A stretch of 64,000 nt of DNA from Vicugna vicugna (taxonomy: Eukaryota), in assembly GCA_013265495.1 (NCBI GenBank), contig MU059756.1, positions 992,001 to 1,056,000 of the forward strand. Direction: 5' to 3'. A program made the translations under genes and the position numbers. Positions 61,086 through 64,000 of the stretch are shown piece after piece. A model generated the notes under the pieces. That model was not told the DNA's origin. It saw only the letters and a program-made list of their open reading frames with translations, and searched no databases. The stretch's first letter is position 1, and each line of letters starts with the position of its first letter.

Positions 61086-61118
61086 TTAACCACAGGAGAC
61101 TCACACCATCTTCTAGAG

Positions 61119-61632
61119 CCGTGCTTTCCAATATGGTAGCTGCTAGTAGCCACATGCGGCTATGGAGCACTTAACATGTAGCTAGTGGAACCAAGGAACT
61201 GAGTTTTATTTAATGTTAATTACTTTAAATTTAAGTGTAAAAATGAACACCTGATTCAGTTATTGGAAAACTTTTAAGTATGCTTGGAAAGACTTAGGTA
61301 TAGTTTTCAACTGTAAATGTTATAAAATCAGGTATTTCCTACAAGATGGAGACAAGACTTTTTTTATGAAAGTGTAGCATCTGAAGTAAGATGTACTATA
61401 AATGTAAAATGTAACACATTTCAAAGACTTAGTACAAAAAATGTAAAATAACTCAATAGTTTTAATATTGATTACCTGCTGAAATGATAATACTTTGTAT
61501 GTACTGACATAATGAACATGTCATGAAAATTAATTTTACCTGTTTCTTTTTGCTTTTTTCTTTTAACAATGTGGCTACTAGAAGATTAAAAATTACATAA
61601 GGGGCTTGCATTACCTTTCTGTTGGATAGGAG
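61119..61632. mobile_element. hAT-Charlie element (MER33/Charlie1-like)
   Basis: Ends gtgctttccaatatggtagc..agtagccacatgcggcta / gtggctactagaagattaaaaattacata..ctgttggatag. Confidence 0.8.
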
Positions 61633-61639
61633 AGAATGT

Positions 61640-61920
61640 AATAAAAAAGAAATATCTGAAGATTGAACCCTCGGAGTAGTCTATGACTTAGAGGTTTTGG
61701 AGAGAGGGATAATCTTTGGAAAAAGCCTCAAAAAGAAGTAGCCCCAAAGGGAAACCAACCAGGAGAGTGAGATGATCTACAAACCACGTTAAAAAAAAAT
61801 GTGTTAGGAAAGAGACAGCAGCGACTGAGTAAGAGGCTGCTGAGCGGTTAGATACAATGTAGACTGAGAACAGGCCATTGGATTTGGCAACGTGGAGACT
61901 ATTAGTGAACTTGATGGTTT
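61640..61920 (-). mobile_element. L2 relic
   Basis: gactgagaacaggccattggatttggcaacgtggagactattagtgaacttgatgg. Confidence 0.7.
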
Positions 61921-61923
61921 CAG

Positions 61924-61958
<35 letters not shown>

Positions 61959-61962
61959 GTGT
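61924..61962. repeat. (TG)n microsatellite with one interruption
   Basis: Read directly. Confidence 0.92.
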
Positions 61963-64000
61963 AGTGGGGCACAAAAGGCTGACTGGAGTAGATTGTTAAA
62001 AAATCAATAATAGAAATTTACTACTCCTTCAAGAAATTTTGATTTGCAGAGAACCAAAATAATGGAGATGTTGGGGAGTGAGGCTCAAAGAAGGATTTAT
62101 TTTTAATTTAATGAGCAATACCTTTTTATAATAGCTACTTGCTTTTTTTTCTCTATTAAAATTTTACCCTAAACATATCATCTGGTAAATATCTATTAGC
62201 TAGCAGGATGATTCTAATTTTGTTTAATCAGAGTTGAAGAATTCTGAAGATTTCAAACGAGTACCAGTGTGTTGTTCGGCTCACAGAATCCTTATGAACA
62301 AAAAGATCTAGGATTACTAAATCTGTGTTTAGTTACTAAAATGACTAGCAAAGGATTGTATGCAGTTCCCTAAAATATAAAACTGTGACATCATCTGTGC
62401 TGCACTATGTAAAAGAGTGTGGAATTCTAGAACTTTGGAATAGAATACAAGTGCCAAACTCACATTAAATTTTGGTTATCATGTCTTACCTTAATTTCCA
62501 TTGTACTCAGTGTAGATTTTGGTGCATAATAAGTGTTAGTATAACTGAATGAATGAGTAAAGATAATCTCAACATCCTGAAATACTAAAAGGACCAGCAA
62601 TACCCAAGAACTCACCAACAGATGGCACCATGCTGTTTCCTATATGAGTTTATATGTTAATATGACATTCAATTCTTAATTTCAAGGGCTGGTTAGGGGG
62701 AAAAATGGAATCTCTAGGAATATATGTTGCTCCTTCAAATTTTTGAATTATTAAAGCATGTTCATATGTTTTTATTTATTACAAATGTCTGTGTTCTTAC
62801 TCTTAGGCCCTTTCCTTAGGTCAGAACTTGGAAGAAAAGGAAAGGAGATTGACTTGTAGATTAGAGAAAGAAAATACCCATAGGTTATCACTATTAAAAT
62901 GTTTGTGAATACTAGGAAGTCAAGCTGCTAATTCATTCCCCCTCAGAGATCACTACCCTTCAGTGGCAGTAAAACCCAGGGTGTTTTGCAGACGTCTGGA
63001 GCTCTGGCATGATGCTTTAGAGAGCAGATGCTGCATTTTGCAGTTCTCGTGTATTCAGACTGAAAGTGACAAGGACTAAACACACAGTGTGCTTTGAAAA
63101 CAAAACAAAACAAAACAACTCCTAACCCCATGTGGTCTGCATACCCAAAGTGTGAAATACTCATCTGAGTGCCAAATGTAAACAGCACTCCCACCATGAC
63201 CCCCAATTACTTTCATTTTCTGTAGAATTGCTTATAATTTTCATAATTTCCTGTGCCCATTATTTCACCTGCAGATCTGAGAAGTGAACAGCGACAAGAA
63301 TGTTGTGAACAGCACAGCCTGGCAGCTCGCATGAGCGTGGAGTCCTGGTCACACACAAGATGGATGGGAGAGCGGTGGCAGCACCAACAGCCACGCAGTG
63401 TTAAGTCATTGACCTAAAATTTGAGAAGAGTGGCTACCGCCAAAATTATTTTTTCAATCTCATCAAGAAGTCTCTATCTCAGATGTCGATGCATCCTTGC
63501 AAATAAATGCAACAGGTCAAAGGTAAGAAGTAGGTACTTTCTGAGTGACTCTAAGAGGAGCAGCCCACAGTGCCCAGCACCGCCAGCCCCCTCCCCTCCG
63601 TGAGCCTGCGGGCTGAGATTTCAGGAGGGCCTAGCAGGGCAGTCTGGGCCTCCTTGGAAGCTCAGTAAGAGCTCCCAGCTTCCGGTACATCTGAAATGGC
63701 CAATACTTTTCCAGGAGGGTTATCACTGAGTTTCTTGAGAATCGCACCACTATGAACTTAAAAACATATGCGCACAAATGACGAAATACTTAAATGATGT
63801 ATCAGTTATTCTCTCTGTGTTTTCTTCAACCTGAACCCGCTCCTCAGTTGCCTTTGTGAGTTTCTTCTGTCCTTTAATCAAGGCTCATCCCAGGGCTTCA
63901 TAACTCACTCACTGACTCAGTTACCACCCAGAGGATGAAGATTCCAGACCTCACCTGAGCTCCTGACTCCTCTCTCCCCCTTCTAAACCTCTCTTGATGA

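Noticed and set aside
1-64000. CRISPR arrays, tRNA, rRNA, snRNA or 7SL copies, NUMTs, prokaryotic-style systems
   Set aside because: No regularly spaced repeats or recognisable RNA-gene or mitochondrial sequence were seen by eye, and the window is mammalian repeat-rich DNA.

Overview
This is a draft-assembly mammalian window with two N-gaps (34404-34553, 54309-54448). It looks intergenic or intronic, and I found no intact protein-coding gene, RNA gene or CRISPR array. Much of it is eutherian interspersed repeat: a 3'-truncated LINE-1 with decayed ORF1/ORF2 (1-2951), older L1M fragments, L2 and MIR relics, MaLR (MLT1) and ERVL (MLT2, LTR16-like) LTRs, four ERV1-type solo LTRs with 4-bp TSDs, and hAT/TcMar DNA-transposon relics. 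The L1/LTR style plus the absence of recognisable CHR, Bov-A, PRE-1, ERE, Can-SINE or Alu SINEs suggests a cetartiodactyl, possibly a camelid (inference). The one gene-derived feature is a full-length, frameshifted histone H4 retrocopy (15601-16030) with a stem-loop, an A-tail and a target-site duplication. The most interesting signals are the 3' end of that retrocopy (AATAAA just upstream of the stem-loop), a strand-biased TGAT(T) cluster containing a DUX-type site next to a GC-box promoter-like segment, a compact CRE/E-box/forkhead motif cluster, a perfect CTCF consensus site, nested transposons and a perfect tandem duplication. I did not find a convincing novel biological system. Repeat subfamily names come from memory of consensus sequences, and boundaries of old repeats are approximate.
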